Of a stretch of DNA of 64,000 nucleotides, positions 1 through 12,584 are shown one piece after another. Under the pieces are notes generated by a model. The model ran no database searches. It had not been told where the DNA came from and saw only the letters and a list, made by a program, of their open reading frames with translations. Source of the stretch: Anolis carolinensis (Eukaryota); assembly GCF_035594765.1 (NCBI RefSeq), contig NW_026943821.1, positions 17,515,608-17,579,607 of the forward strand, written 5' to 3'. The position numbers and the translations under genes were made by a program. Numbering within the stretch: the stretch's first letter is position 1; each line of letters begins with the position of its first letter.

Positions 1-266
1 TGCAGAAGTAGGATGATATAACATAGGCACCCCGTAATTTAACATGCGCAATCCTATTTCAGAGTGTACCACATCATAGAACATCCAATGGCTGAAAATG
101 TAGCACTTTATCTAAGTTTTAATTCACAACTTATACTGTGCACTTTGCTGATCTACTATTACAGCCTCACTGTTTTTAATTCTATGTTTTAATAAGTGTT
201 TTCGATGTTCTGGTTAATGTGTAAATGCTACTACCGGTGCATGTTATTGTTTATTGATGTATTGTA

Positions 267-589
267 CAGTAGAGTCTCACTTATCCAACATAAACGGGCC
301 GGCAGAACGTTGGATAAGCGAATATGTTGGATAATAAGGAGGGATTAAGGAAAAGCCTATTAAACATCAAATTAGGTTAGGATTTTACAAATTAAGCACC
401 AAAACATCACGTTATACAACAAATTCGACAGAAAAGGTAGTTCAATTCATGGTAATGCTATGTAGTAATTACTGTATTTACGAATTTAGTAGCAGAATAT
501 CATGATGTATTGAAAACATTGTCTACAAAAATGCGTTGGATAATCCAGAACGTTGGATAAGCGAGTGTTGGATAAGTGAGACTCTACTG
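267..589 (+). mobile_element. Tc1/mariner (pogo/Tigger-like) MITE, about 323 bp
   Basis: TIR CAGTAGAGTCTCACTTATCCAAC, TA on both flanks, internal TTGGATAA repeats. Confidence 0.9.
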
Positions 590-691
590 TATATTGTAAT
601 TGTTTTTGTATCTGATATTTCTGTGAGCCGCCCCGAGTCCCTTTCGGGGGAGATGGAGGCGGGATACAAATAAACGTATTATTATTATTTT

Positions 692-2233
692 ATTATGACA
701 CAGCAAACAAGATAGATATGCTGGATTTCGTATCACAAAATCACAAGTCGAACGCTTCCCAAGTGTCTAGGACTGTGTGATGTATTTTCGGATGATGCGT
801 GCAGATCCCAGTAGGGTGGCCTTTTGCAGTTGGCAGATCGTGATTTTGTCAATGTCTATTGTTTCCAAATGCCGGCTGAGATCTTTTGGCATGGCACCCA
901 GTGTGCCCATCACCATTGGGACCACCTGCACTGGTTTCTGCCAGAGTCTTTGAAGTTCAATCTTGAGCTCCTGTCAGGACCCTGGCTGCAGAGCACCAAT
1001 AACCTTACACAGAGGCCAGTCTCTATCTAATATCTTTATTAAAGAAATATATAAAATCAATAAAAACAAGTGAAGAATATAGTTCAGAAGCAGACCTTTC
1101 AGATGAGGTCAAATATAGTCCAGAAATGTATTGTCCAATATAAGATATTAGAGTTCAAAGTTTTAATCCACTTGACCGAAACACACACTTTGCCAAGCAA
1201 TAGTGTGGGGAAATAACAGAGTCTTTAAAGTCCAATGAAGCTTGACAACAAGGCTGGAAATAAACTTGATTCTTGACTAGATCCGTGACTGGAGGCAAGA
1301 CGAACATGAAGCATGAACAGAGTCCGTGGTAAAACCGTGAGACAAGGCAAGGCTTGAAGCTAGATCCGGAAAGCAAGGAACTGGGATTACGAAGTCCACA
1401 CACGATCTCTCTCCTCAAGCTGATCAATTGACTCCGCAAAGAATCCCTCACGCCAAACACCTATATTGGGTCTCGTTTTCCCGCCAACAGAACTCTTTCC
1501 CTAGAGAACGAGAAGCGAAACCCAACTCTGTCCAGATGCATGACTCCTTAGAAGTTCCCAAGGGAAGCAGACCTAATCAGCCATTTGTTTGGCAGCGATT
1601 CTCAGGCTTCTCCGATTAGCCTCCCTGACTCCCCTATCTTTAGAATAATTTTCCCTCCTGGAAAACGGGGGGGGGGGGGGGGCGGAGTTCTGCCCAAGGC
1701 CTGTTTGGCTGAATTCTTGAGGGCAAACATCAACATCCTGCAGGTGAAGAGACTCCGGCTCTTGCTGAACCGCCGAAAACCCCATGTTTTCCTCTTTGTC
1801 TGCCACAATAGTACTAGGAACAGGACTACAAGGCCCATGAGTCATCACAGCTCCTGATAGCGGCTGAGTTTTTCCCGTTGTTTTTCGTCAATGCGACTGT
1901 CACCTGGGATGGCAACATCAATGATCCAAACCTTTTTCTTTTCCACAACTGTGATGTCTGATGTGTTGTGTTCCAGAACTTTGTCAGTCTGGGTTCTGAA
2001 GTCTCACAGTATCTTTGCATGTTCATTTTCCAATACTTTTGCAGGTTTGTGATCCCACCAGTTCTTTGCTGCTGGAAGGTGGTACTTGAGGCATAAGTTC
2101 CAATGAATCATTTGGGCCACGTAGTTGTGCCTCTGTTTGTAGTCTGTCTGTGCGATTTTCTTACAGCAACTGAGGAGATGATCAATGGTTTCGTCGGTTT
2201 TCTTGCACAGTCTGCATTTTGGGTCATCAGCTG

Positions 2234-2235
<2 letters not shown>
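692..2235 (-). mobile_element. R4/Dong-clade non-LTR retrotransposon 3' fragment, interrupted by a solo LTR
   Basis: Same sequence as the 3350 and 12013 copies; (TAA)n on both flanks. Confidence 0.8.
972..1849 (-). mobile_element. Solo LTR (878 bp)
   Basis: TG..CA termini with imperfect terminal inverted repeats; 5-bp TSD GCTCC (967-971 and 1850-1854); minus-strand AATAAA near 1035. Confidence 0.85.
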
Positions 2236-2280
<45 letters not shown>

Positions 2281-2370
2281 AATGACCTTTAGACTTTCAG
2301 CTTCACAGTTTGAATATTCTCTGGATTTAGTCCTGTACGCAGAGATCTAAATTTTGGCATTTGTTTTTCA

Positions 2371-2580
2371 TGTCAGGAGCGACTTGAGAAACTGCAAATC
2401 GTTTCTGGTGTGAGAGAATAGGCCGTCTGCAAGGACGTTGCCCAGGGGACGCCCAGATGTTTTACCATCCTGTGGGAGGCTTTTCTCACATCTCCACATG
2501 GGAAGCTGGAGCTGACAGATGGGAGCTCACCCCGCTCCCCAGATTCGAACCGGCTGACCTTTCAGTCTAATGCACCATCA
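2371..2580 (-). mobile_element. tRNA-derived SINE (second family); also 37758-37990(+), 38098-38358(-), 47468-47729(-), 50786-51042(+)
   Basis: Multi-copy; head GGAGCCTCCGGTGGCCTAG..GGTTCGAATCC (A/B boxes), tail ..CTCCTGACA. Confidence 0.75.
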
Positions 2581-3314
2581 ATTCCTTAATTTTCAGAAAC
2601 TTGAAACAAAAACAAATCCAACCAAAACAAATGATATCAGCACACAGAACTGTGCCCATATCTCTTCAGTAGACAAAAGCTGCTTTGCCTGGAGATACCA
2701 GGACATGAAATAACAGGAGCAGGTCTGTTTAGAGGTTGTCCCTGATAAGAAGGCAGAGAGGGAGTTGCTTAGATAAACGCCTGATGGATAAGTACTGAGT
2801 GGCTGGTCGAGGAGAGATGGACAGATAGAACTCATCTGACTCACAGCAACAACCGCAGGACATCTCTGGGAAAGTGCTTTTACTGGTGGATCTTCTGCCG
2901 CTTGGAATTGGTCCTCTCCTCCCAGGAACCGCAGGTGATTATGGTTTAGTTGTGTGAATGAAGCAGGTGAAAAGGGTAGACTGTAGACAAGGCAAAGAGC
3001 TGAGGAAACATCCAAAAGCAAAAGGAAACACATGATAGCACTGTGACTGCATTCCCCATGATCCCCATGGGTCCTATTTCAAGTTAAGGTTTCTCTAAAA
3101 AATACTTTCACACAGCCAGAGAAAATGCCTCTTTGCAGCTGAACTTAAGAATCTGAGACGATTGTAAGTTGACTTAGGAGGAATTGTGGGAGTTGAAGTC
3201 CAAAACACCTGGAGAGACGAAGTTTGCCCATGCCTGCTTTAGTGTATAGTCCTAGTTTTTACTTGGCAGGGATGCCCCCAAAATCCGGCCACAGGACCCT
3301 TATATGGTATTTAA

Positions 3315-3347
<33 letters not shown>

Positions 3348-3349
3348 TT

Positions 3350-4275
3350 ATTTTATTATGACACAGCAAACAAGATAGATATGCTGCAATTCATTTCACA
3401 AAATCACAAGTCGAACACTTCCCAAGTGTCTAGGACTGTGTGATGTATTTTCGGATGATGCGTGCAGATCCTAGTCGGGTGGCCTTTTGCAGTTGGCAGA
3501 TCGTAATTTTGTCAATGTCTATTGTTTCCAAATGCTGCACCCAATGTGCCAATCACCACTGGGACCACCTGCACTGGTTTCTGCCAGAGTCTTTGAAGTT
3601 CAGTCTTGAGGTCCTGATAGCGGCTGAGTTTTTCCTGTTGTTTTTCGTCAATGCGACTGTCACCTGGGATAGCAACATCAATGATCCAAACCTTTTTCTT
3701 TTCTACAACTGTGATGTCTGGTGTGTTGTGTTCCAGAACTTTGTCAGTCTGGATTCAGAAGTCTCACAGTATCTTTGCATGTTCATTTTCCATGACCTTT
3801 GCTGGTTTGTGATCCCACCAGTTCTTTGCTGCTGGAAGGTGGTACTTGAGGCATAAGTTCCAATGAATCATTTGGGCCACGTAGTTGTGCCTCTGTTTGT
3901 AGTCTGTCTGTGCAATTTTCTTACAGCAGCTGAGGAGGTAATCAATGGTTTCATCGGTTTCCTTGCACAGTCTGCATTTTGGGTCATCAGCTGATTTTTC
4001 GATCTTGGCCTTAATTGCATTTGTTCTGATGGCTTGCTCCTGGGCTGCAAGGATCAGGCCTTCTGTCTCCTTCTTCAGGGTCCCATTTATGAGCCAGAGC
4101 CAGGTCTTCTCCTTATCAGCTTTTCCTTCAATTTTGTCAAGGAACTTTCCATGCAATGTTTTGTTGTGCCAGCTGTCAGCTCTAGTTTGTAGTGCCGTTT
4201 TCTTGTACTGGTTTTTTGTCTGCTGTGCTTTGAGGAGTTTCTGATTTTTGACTTCAATCAAAGCAGGTTCTTCAC
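3350..4275 (-). mobile_element. R4/Dong-clade retrotransposon 3' fragment
   Basis: ORF with CRLC..H..C zinc knuckle, RHN motif and PD..D restriction-like endonuclease region; (TAA)n flanks. Confidence 0.85.
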
Positions 4276-4889
4276 TTATTATTATTATTATTGACACTGC
4301 AAACAAGATAGATATGCTGGATTTCGTATCAGGAGAGAATGCTTCTGAAACATAGCCAGACAGCCCGGAAAACTCACAACAACCCAGTGATTCTGGCCAT
4401 GAAAACCTTCGACAACACAATTATTTCTTTATTTCTGCCACAGCAGCAGTTGGACAGCTCCATGAGCTAGGGAACAGTTGGGGAATGCCTCCCTCCTTTC
4501 CCTTCTTTTTACAGGTCCCCCCCCCCCCCCATGACAGAAGTGCCTTGAGAAACTGCAAGCCGCTTCTGGTGTGAGAAGAATTGGCTGTCTGCAAGGACGT
4601 TGCAAGGGCACATTGCTAATGTCAGCAAAGGTACCCAGCAATGGCCAGCAGCTCCATGGTCACTGCTATAGTGCAAACAAGAGCAAACATAAGTGTGACC
4701 ATCCAGCAGAGCCAATCTGGATTCAGCCACAATGAACAGTAAGGATATCACTCCCACCACTTGCTAGGGTTTGGGATTGGAACATGTAAACATCTCTGTG
4801 GATTCTGAGACTGATCTGAAGCAGCATTGCTCTGGACCAGCCACAAATTTAGTTGTCACTGTAGTTGGGCTGTAAATTAATGTTCTTAG

Positions 4890-5698
4890 TAAAGGTAAAG
4901 GTTTCCCCTGAAGTTAAGTCCAGTCATGTCCGACTCTGTGGGTTGGTGCTCATCTCCATTTCTAAGCCGAAGAGCCGGCGTTGTCCGTAGACACCTCCAA
5001 GGTCATGTGGCTGGCATGATTGCATGGAGCGCCGTTACCTTCCCATCGGAGAGGTACCTATTGATCTACTCCCCTATGAGCCTTCTAGAACTCTTAGATC
5101 ATAGGTGGAGGCCCTGCTCTCGGTCCCACCAGCCTCGCAGGCATGGCTAGTGGGAACGAGGGACAGGGCCTTCTCGGTGGTGGCTCCTCGGCTGTGGAAC
5201 ATCCTCCCCAGCAACATATGGCAGATACCAACTCTCCTAGGCTTCAGGAAAGCCTTAAAGACATGGTTGTGCACGCAAGCTTTTAATGAATGAGAACATG
5301 GACTTTACATGACCTGTACGAAGACTTGAGGATTCTGGATGAATGGATTTTAATCTTGGACATTCTTAAAATTTTATATAATGTGATTTTATTTTGTAAT
5401 GGTATCTGTTTTATATGAACTGTTGTTTTGCAGATTGTTTTATATGAATTGTTGTTTTTACATTGTTTTTAGGCATTGAATTTTTGCCTATTTACTGAGT
5501 CTCCTCGGAGAGAAAGGCAGGGTAGAAGTGATGTAAATAAATAAATACTCACATTTGCATGTTTTCAAACTGCTAGGTTGGCAGAAGCTGGGGCTAACAG
5601 TGGGCACTCATTCCGCTCCCCAGATTCGAACCTGTGACCTTTCGGTCCGCAAGTTCAGCAACTCAGCGCTTTAACACACTGCGCCACCGGAGGCCCTA
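4890..5698 (-). mobile_element. Sauria SINE interrupted by an L2 3' fragment (about 5071-5546)
   Basis: (ACCTTT)n tail, tRNA-like head, TSD AATGTTCTTAG; insert encodes RDRAFSVVAPRLWN (L2 ORF2 end). Confidence 0.85.
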
Positions 5699-6218
5699 AA
5701 TGTTCTTAGATTCAGGCAAATAAGTCACATTAAATGCATGCTCATTAGTTGAACTAAGTTGTCAGTAGGGTTGTGCTACGTGGCAGTGCTGATGTGCTCT
5801 TGCATCAAAACCTGCTGCAATCTCATGAGTGGGAGACAACACAGAAATATCGATGCTCGGTCCATGCTTTTAGAACATGAAACAATAACCTTAGTGTCCT
5901 CCCACTGGAAGACAGCTTGATCTGCTCTAGCAACCACCCATCTAACAGCAAGCGTCACGGGAGGGATCCTCCTCCCTCCTGATCCGTAGAGCCAGAGGTG
6001 CTCCCAAGCGGTGAGGAGCAGCTGGCAGAATGTGCATGGGAAGATGCCAAACCCACATAACTGGATCCTTTTGCTTCTAGACAAAGACAAAGAAGGTGGG
6101 GCCAGGTTGGACTTAAGGGTGATGAATTCAGTGAAAACAAACTGCTCTTGATCCAACAGCCACAACAACAGCGACGACAACGAAACACATGCAGATGGTA
6201 TCATTCCCCTGCACGCCC

Positions 6219-6261
6219 ATGAGGCTTCTGAATACGGCGCTACTTTTGCTGGTACTTACAG
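6219..6261 (+). CDS. Serine protease exon 1 (signal peptide)
   Basis: [17 protein letters not shown]+G|GTAAGG; phase 1 matches exon 2. Confidence 0.8.
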
Positions 6262-6504
6262 GTAAGGAAATACCATTTAAATGCAGAAGTGATATGTTTA
6301 AGAGCACAAGTTAATAGCTGTCTCCCAGTACATCCAAAAGGTTTGTTTGTATATGTTTGGGTAATTGCTTGGCCTGGAGGGAAGGGACTTTGATGGCAGT
6401 GTATTACAAGCAGAAGAACTAAGGTAGAATGGGTGAAGCATTCAATATGCCAAGGTGTTATTATTTTTAAGCAGCAGGTTGGGGTTTTTTTTACAGTCCA
6501 TGAG

Positions 6505-6536
<32 letters not shown>

Positions 6537-9500
6537 GGCGATCCCTCGTAGTTTGAGGATGATGGTCCTCCATTTCTTGGAAGACGCCTGTGCGTGATTT
6601 TTTTAAATGTGTGGAGGTCGGTGCACGGCCGGTCAACACACAGTCTTCACACATTGAGGTTCCAGCAGTGGTGTGGTTAACACAAGGAGAGTGGCTTCTC
6701 AGTCTGTTGCAGCCTTCTTCCGCCTTCACAGCTGTTGTAACATGTACCATGTTATCCTCCACCTGCTCCGCCATTGAGGTCTTTGGGTCTTCAGATTGTT
6801 CTTGGTCTGGATCCTCCCCTGTGGCCATTCCTGGGAGTGTGTGGCTCCTGTGGTTGTGCCCGCAGGTTCATTGGAACACACAAGCCCCCTCACCACGTCA
6901 AGGTGACAATCCATCGAGGGGGAGTCCATGGGCACATCTAAAAAGATCACAGAGGTCAGTGTATGAGGTGATCAACCCCACAGCCTGGATAACCAGGGTG
7001 ACATTCCCCCTAGCTTGAAAATGCTGTTGTTAAATGCCAGGACAGTAAATGGGAGAACAACTGCCATCCAAGGGTTGATTCTGGATGAGCATGCTGACCT
7101 AGTCTATATCGGAGACCTGGTTGAATGATATTGAGAGGATTAATCCCTCCCAGCTCTGCTTGCCAGATATTTCTGTACAAGAGCAGGCCTGGGGGCGGAG
7201 AAGTGGAGTTGCAGTTGTCCATAGTGATTCCATCCCTCTGATCAGGTTCCTCATCCCACAGTCAACAGCGTTCAAGTGTGTTTACCTAAAGGTGTGTAGA
7301 TAGGACAGAATATGGATTTTTTGTGTGTATTGGCCACCCTACTGTTCATCAATCTCCTTTCTTGATCTAGTCAGGGTTGGCGTTGAGAGTCACAGCAGCT
7401 ACTAGTGCTGGGAGACTTCCACATCCATACTGACACCGCCTCCATGTCAACTATGGGTCTGTCCCAAGTGGTGTCTGGTCCTACTCATGCTGCCCAACAC
7501 ACTTTGGACCTTGTTTTTTGTGCAGGATGGGGCGATGGTGATGTGGAGGAACTTTCCACAGTTCCATTATCATGGGATGATTATTACCTGATCAGGTTTA
7601 GACTCACTGGGACTCCAAAACTCAGCAGGAATGGGGTCTGATTAAAATGGTCGATTTCAGGAGGCTGATGGATCTGGATGAATTCCTGACGGCTCTTGGG
7701 GATTTCCCTATTACTTTGGCAGGCAATTCTGTTGAATCATAGAATCATAGAATCATAGAATAATAGAATCATAGAATAGTAGAGTTGGAAGAGACCTCAT
7801 GGGCCATCCAGTCCAACCCCATTCTGCCAAGAAGCAGGAAATCGCATTCAAAGCACCCCCGACAGATGGCCATCCAGCCTCTGTTTAAAAGCCTCCAAAG
7901 AAGGAGCCTCCACCACAGTCCGGGGGAGAGAGTTCCACTGTTGAACAGCCCTCACTGTGAGGAAGTTCTTCCTGATGTTCAGGTGGGATCTCCTTTCCTG
8001 TAGTTTGAAGCCATTGTTCCGCATCCTAGTCTCCAGGGCAGCAGAAAACAAGCTTGCTCCCTCCTCCCTATGACTTCCCCTCACGTATTTGTACATGGCT
8101 ATCATGTCTCCTCTAAGCCTTTTCTTCTGCAGGCTAAACATGCCCAATTCTTTAAGCCGCTCCTCATAGGGCTTGTTCTTTAGACCTTTGATCATTTTAG
8201 TCGTCCTCCTCTGGACACATTCCAGCTTGTCAACATCTCCCTTCAACTGTGGAGAGCAAGACAAGGGGAGTGTGTCCCTGCTGGAATTCCTGGATCTCTC
8301 AGTGGCTTTTGATACTATTGACCACGGTATCCTTCTGGGTCATTTCCCTGGGATGCACTGTTTCACAATGGCTCCGGTCCTTCCCAGTGGGCCGTACCCA
8401 GAAGGTGGTGCTGGGGGACTCCTGTTTGAACCTCTGGCTGTTGACCTGTGGGATTCCTCAGGGTTCAATTTTGTCCACCCTGCTATTTAACATATACATG
8501 AAAACCACTGGGAGAGGTCATCTGGAGTTCTGGAGAGCGGCGCAATCTATATGCAGATGACACACATCTTTACTATTCCTTTCCATCTAAAACTAAGGAA
8601 GGTATCCTGACCCTAAACCAGTGTAAGGACTGGATGAGGGCAAACATCCAGACAAGACAGAGATGCTCATGGTCAGTTGGACAGTATATTTGGGGGTTTA
8701 AAATTGTATTGAGATGGTTGTATTGTAAGCCACTTTGAATCATATAAACAACACCATAAAGCTAACTCAGGGAGAAAACCCACATCCTGGTGCAGGATTG
8801 GAACTGATGGCAGCTGACTTCAGTGCCATACCAGGTTCAGTGCTATGGAATTATGAAACTTTTAATTTCTCAAGGCCTTTAGCCTACCAGAGAGTGCCGA
8901 TTCTTCTCCAAACTACAACTCCCAGGATTCCATAGCCTTGAGCCATGACACTTCAAGTGGTGTCAAACTTCATTAATTCCATAGAGAGGATGCACCCTAA
9001 CAGATAAACATACACAACTTGTGCATTGTTGGGTTTTTGATATGGTTGAAAAAAGAAAAAAATTGACAACATGCACATACTTGCAAAAGATGCAAACCAT
9101 CCCACCCCTTGAAGATATATAAAATATACACAAGCAGGGGGTGCATCTACATTACACAATTAAAGTAGTTTAATTCCAGTTAAACAGTCATGATTTTTAC
9201 AATCTGGGCTTTGTAATTATGTAAGGAGCTTAGTATCTCTTCTCAGAAAGTTCTAATTCTGTCATTCAGGTGAGCAAAGTAGACAATTCTAAGTGTCTCA
9301 TCAGACTACGAATCACCAGAAAACATAGAATGGAGCCATGACTGTTAAAGTGATATGAAAGTATTATAACTGTGCAGTTTGGATACAGCCAAAGTTTAGT
9401 CAGTGAGTGCATATATTTATGGATACTTATATTAATACAGTAGTCTCTCACTTATCCAACATTCGCTTATCCAGCGTTCTGGATTATGCAATGCAGTCTG

Positions 9501-10150
9501 CCTTTTAGTAGTCAATGTTTTTGTAGTCAATGTTTTCAATACATTGTGATGTTTTGGTACTAAATTCATAAATACAGTAATTACTATGTAGCGTTACTGT
9601 GTATTGAACTACTTTTTCTGACAATTTGTTGTTAAACATGATGTTTTGGTGCTTAATTTGTAAAATCATAACCTCATTTGATGTTTAATAAGCTTTTCCT
9701 TAATCATAGAATCATAGAATAGTAGAGTTGGAGGAGACCTCATGGGCCATCCAGTCCAACCCCCCTGCCAAGAAGCAGGAAATCACATTCAAAGCACCCC
9801 CGACAGATGGCCATCCAGCCTCTGCTTAAAAGCCTCCAAAGAAGGAGCCTAATCCCCTCTTATTATCCAACATTATTATTACTTTGCACTTTATTGACTA
9901 TTTTAGCTATGAAACTACCTCTCCCATGTGAAGTTGTCTGCACTTTGGCCCAGATCCGTGTTTTAGCCTCCCGTTTTTAATATTTTATGCTGTATGCTGA
10001 CTTTTATGACTGTTTTACTGATGTTGATGTCTTATTGATGTGAAATTGTTTTACTGTTTTATTGCTGTTATTGTATTTTTATGTCGGGCATGGCCCCATG
10101 TAAGCCGCTCCGAGTCCCTCCGGGTAGATGGGGCGGGGTATAAAAATAAA

Positions 10151-10194
<44 letters not shown>

Positions 10195-10377
10195 ATATTT
10201 GCTTATCCAATGTTCTGCCGGCCCGTTAATGTTGGATAAGTGAGACTCTACTGCAGGGGTCCCCAAACTACGGCCCAGGGGCCACATGCGGCCCATCGAA
10301 GCCATTTATCCGGCCCCCACAGCACAAAGGCTGAAGGGGGTTGGACTAAATGGCCCAACGGGTCTCTTCCAACCATC

Positions 10378-10434
<57 letters not shown>

Positions 10435-10842
10435 ACAGTAGAGTCTCACTTATCCAAGCTAAACGGGCCGGCAGAAGCTTGGATAAGTGAATATCTTGGA
10501 TAATAAGGAAGGACTAAGGAAAAGCCTATTAAACATCAAATTAGGTTATGATTTTACAAATAAAGCACCAAAACTTCATGTTATACAACAAATTTGACAG
10601 AAAAAGTAGATCAATATGCAGTAATGTTATGTTGTAATTACTGTATTTATGAATTTAGCACCAAAATATCACAATATATTGAAAACATTGACGACAAAAA
10701 TGGCTTGGATTATCCAGAGGCTTGAATAAGTGAGGCTTGGATAAGTGAGACTCTGCTGTAATAATAATATTGAGGCTGGGAGGCCATCTGTAAGAGGTGC
10801 TTTGCTTGTGCTTTTGGTCCACAAAGGCAGAAAGGGGTTGGG

Positions 10843-10875
<33 letters not shown>

Positions 10876-12532
10876 GCTCGGTGGCCACCTGGACAACTAT
10901 AGTCCGGCCCTCCAACGGTCTGAGAGATCGTGAACTGGCCCCCAGTTTTAAAAGTCTGGGGACCCCTGCTCTACTGTATATGAAAAATGCACACAAAAAT
11001 ATTCCTATTTTTCTATTTATAAAATCAGTCCGCAGCTAGCATGGAATAGACTTAAATGATAGGAAAAAATCATTAACATAAAAAAAAAATAAGAAAAAGA
11101 AACGTAAAGATATAGGCTCAGTGACACCTGGCCTGACAACAGTACATGGGAAAGGGATGTAGGAATCTTAGAGTGTATCTTCACTTTTGTTTATGGCACG
11201 GGGACGCTGGATCAGCTCTGTGTTCATTACACAACACACAAAGCTGATCCAGTGTAATGTGGCCTTGACTCGTATTACCCTGGATACTCCAGAGCTTTCT
11301 TTCAGCAACAATGCAGTGTTCTTTACAAAGGTGTGGCAGGAATTCTAGGAATTAGCTCAGCTGGTAGAAGTTGCCGAGGCTGGCCATGTCATGAGGCTCC
11401 CGCTGCTCTGTAAGGTGTGACTGAAACTCAAGATGACTGAAGCCATCCTTCTAACCTGCCTGCTTTTCCTCTCTAGTGGCGGCACAGGATGAATCCCGGA
11501 TCATTGGGGGTCAAGAGTGCCCAAAACATGGTCAACCTTACCAGGTCATCCTCTCCAACAGCAGAAAAAATGGTCCCGACGTTCAATGCGGAGGTGTTCT
11601 GATAGACAAAGACTGGGTGCTGACAGCCGCCCACTGTGACAACCAAGGGTAAGCAAACTAAAGAGAGATGGACCTGGAGGTTTGGGTTATAGAAAAAAAG
11701 GAAATGAATGTTGTTTCCATCTGCCGAACAACCAGCAGAGTTACAAATATGATAAACTTGGACTTGTCGTAGGTGAGGTTTTTTTCAGCTCTCTGCTCCC
11801 AAACCTCAGCAGCAAGAGTAGCAGAATTCCAACCTTCCAGGTTGCAAACAGAAATAAGATGCTTAGTCAACAAAGGAAATCCACATAATTGCCAGAAATT
11901 AGCTTCAAAACTTTGTTACCTGGAATTGAGGGGGGAAATAAAGAAAGCGAACAGGGCGAAAATGGGATGATGATGATAATGATGATGACAACAACAACAA
12001 CAATTACAACAAGCCTCAAGTACCACCTCCCAGCAGCAAAGAACTGGTGGGATCACAAACCTGCAAAAGTATTGGAAAATGAGCACGCAAAGATACTGTG
12101 GGACTTCCGAATCCAGACTGACAAAGTTCTGGAACACAACACACCAGACATCACAGTTGTGGAAAAGAAAAAGGTTTGGATCATTGATGTCGCCATCCCA
12201 GGTGACAGTAGCATTGACGAAAAACAACAGGAAAAACTCAGCCGCTATCAGGACCTCAAGATTGAACTTCAAAGACTCTGGCAGAAACCAGTGCAGGTGG
12301 TCCCAGTGGTGATTGGCACGTTGGGTGCCGTGCCAAAAGATCTCAGCCGGCATTTGGAAACAATAGACATTGACAAAATTATGATCTGCCAACTGCAAAA
12401 GGCCACCCTGCTGGGATCTGCGCGCATCATCCGAAAATACATCACACAGTCCTAGATACTCGGGAAGTGTTCGACTTGTGATTTTGTGATACGAAATCCA
12501 GCATATCTATCTTGTTTGCTGTGTCATAATAA

Positions 12533-12584
<52 letters not shown>

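Larger units (their letters stand above)
9438..10976 (-). mobile_element. Mariner MITE carrying nested CR1 tail, L2 tail, hAT element and a second MITE
   Basis: MITE consensus resumes after each insert; terminal TIRs and TA flanks. Confidence 0.85.

Noticed and set aside
6900-7012. HDV-like ribozyme at the 5' end of the RTE-like element
   Set aside because: Only a GGGGGA/TCCCCC pairing is seen; I could not build P2, P3, P1.1 or the catalytic C by eye.
11433-11492. ATG-initiated hydrophobic peptide [19 protein letters not shown] just before protease exon 2, resembling a signal peptide
   Set aside because: Out of frame with IIGG and stops at TGA. It overlaps the polypyrimidine tract, and the exon at 6219-6261 fits the phase.
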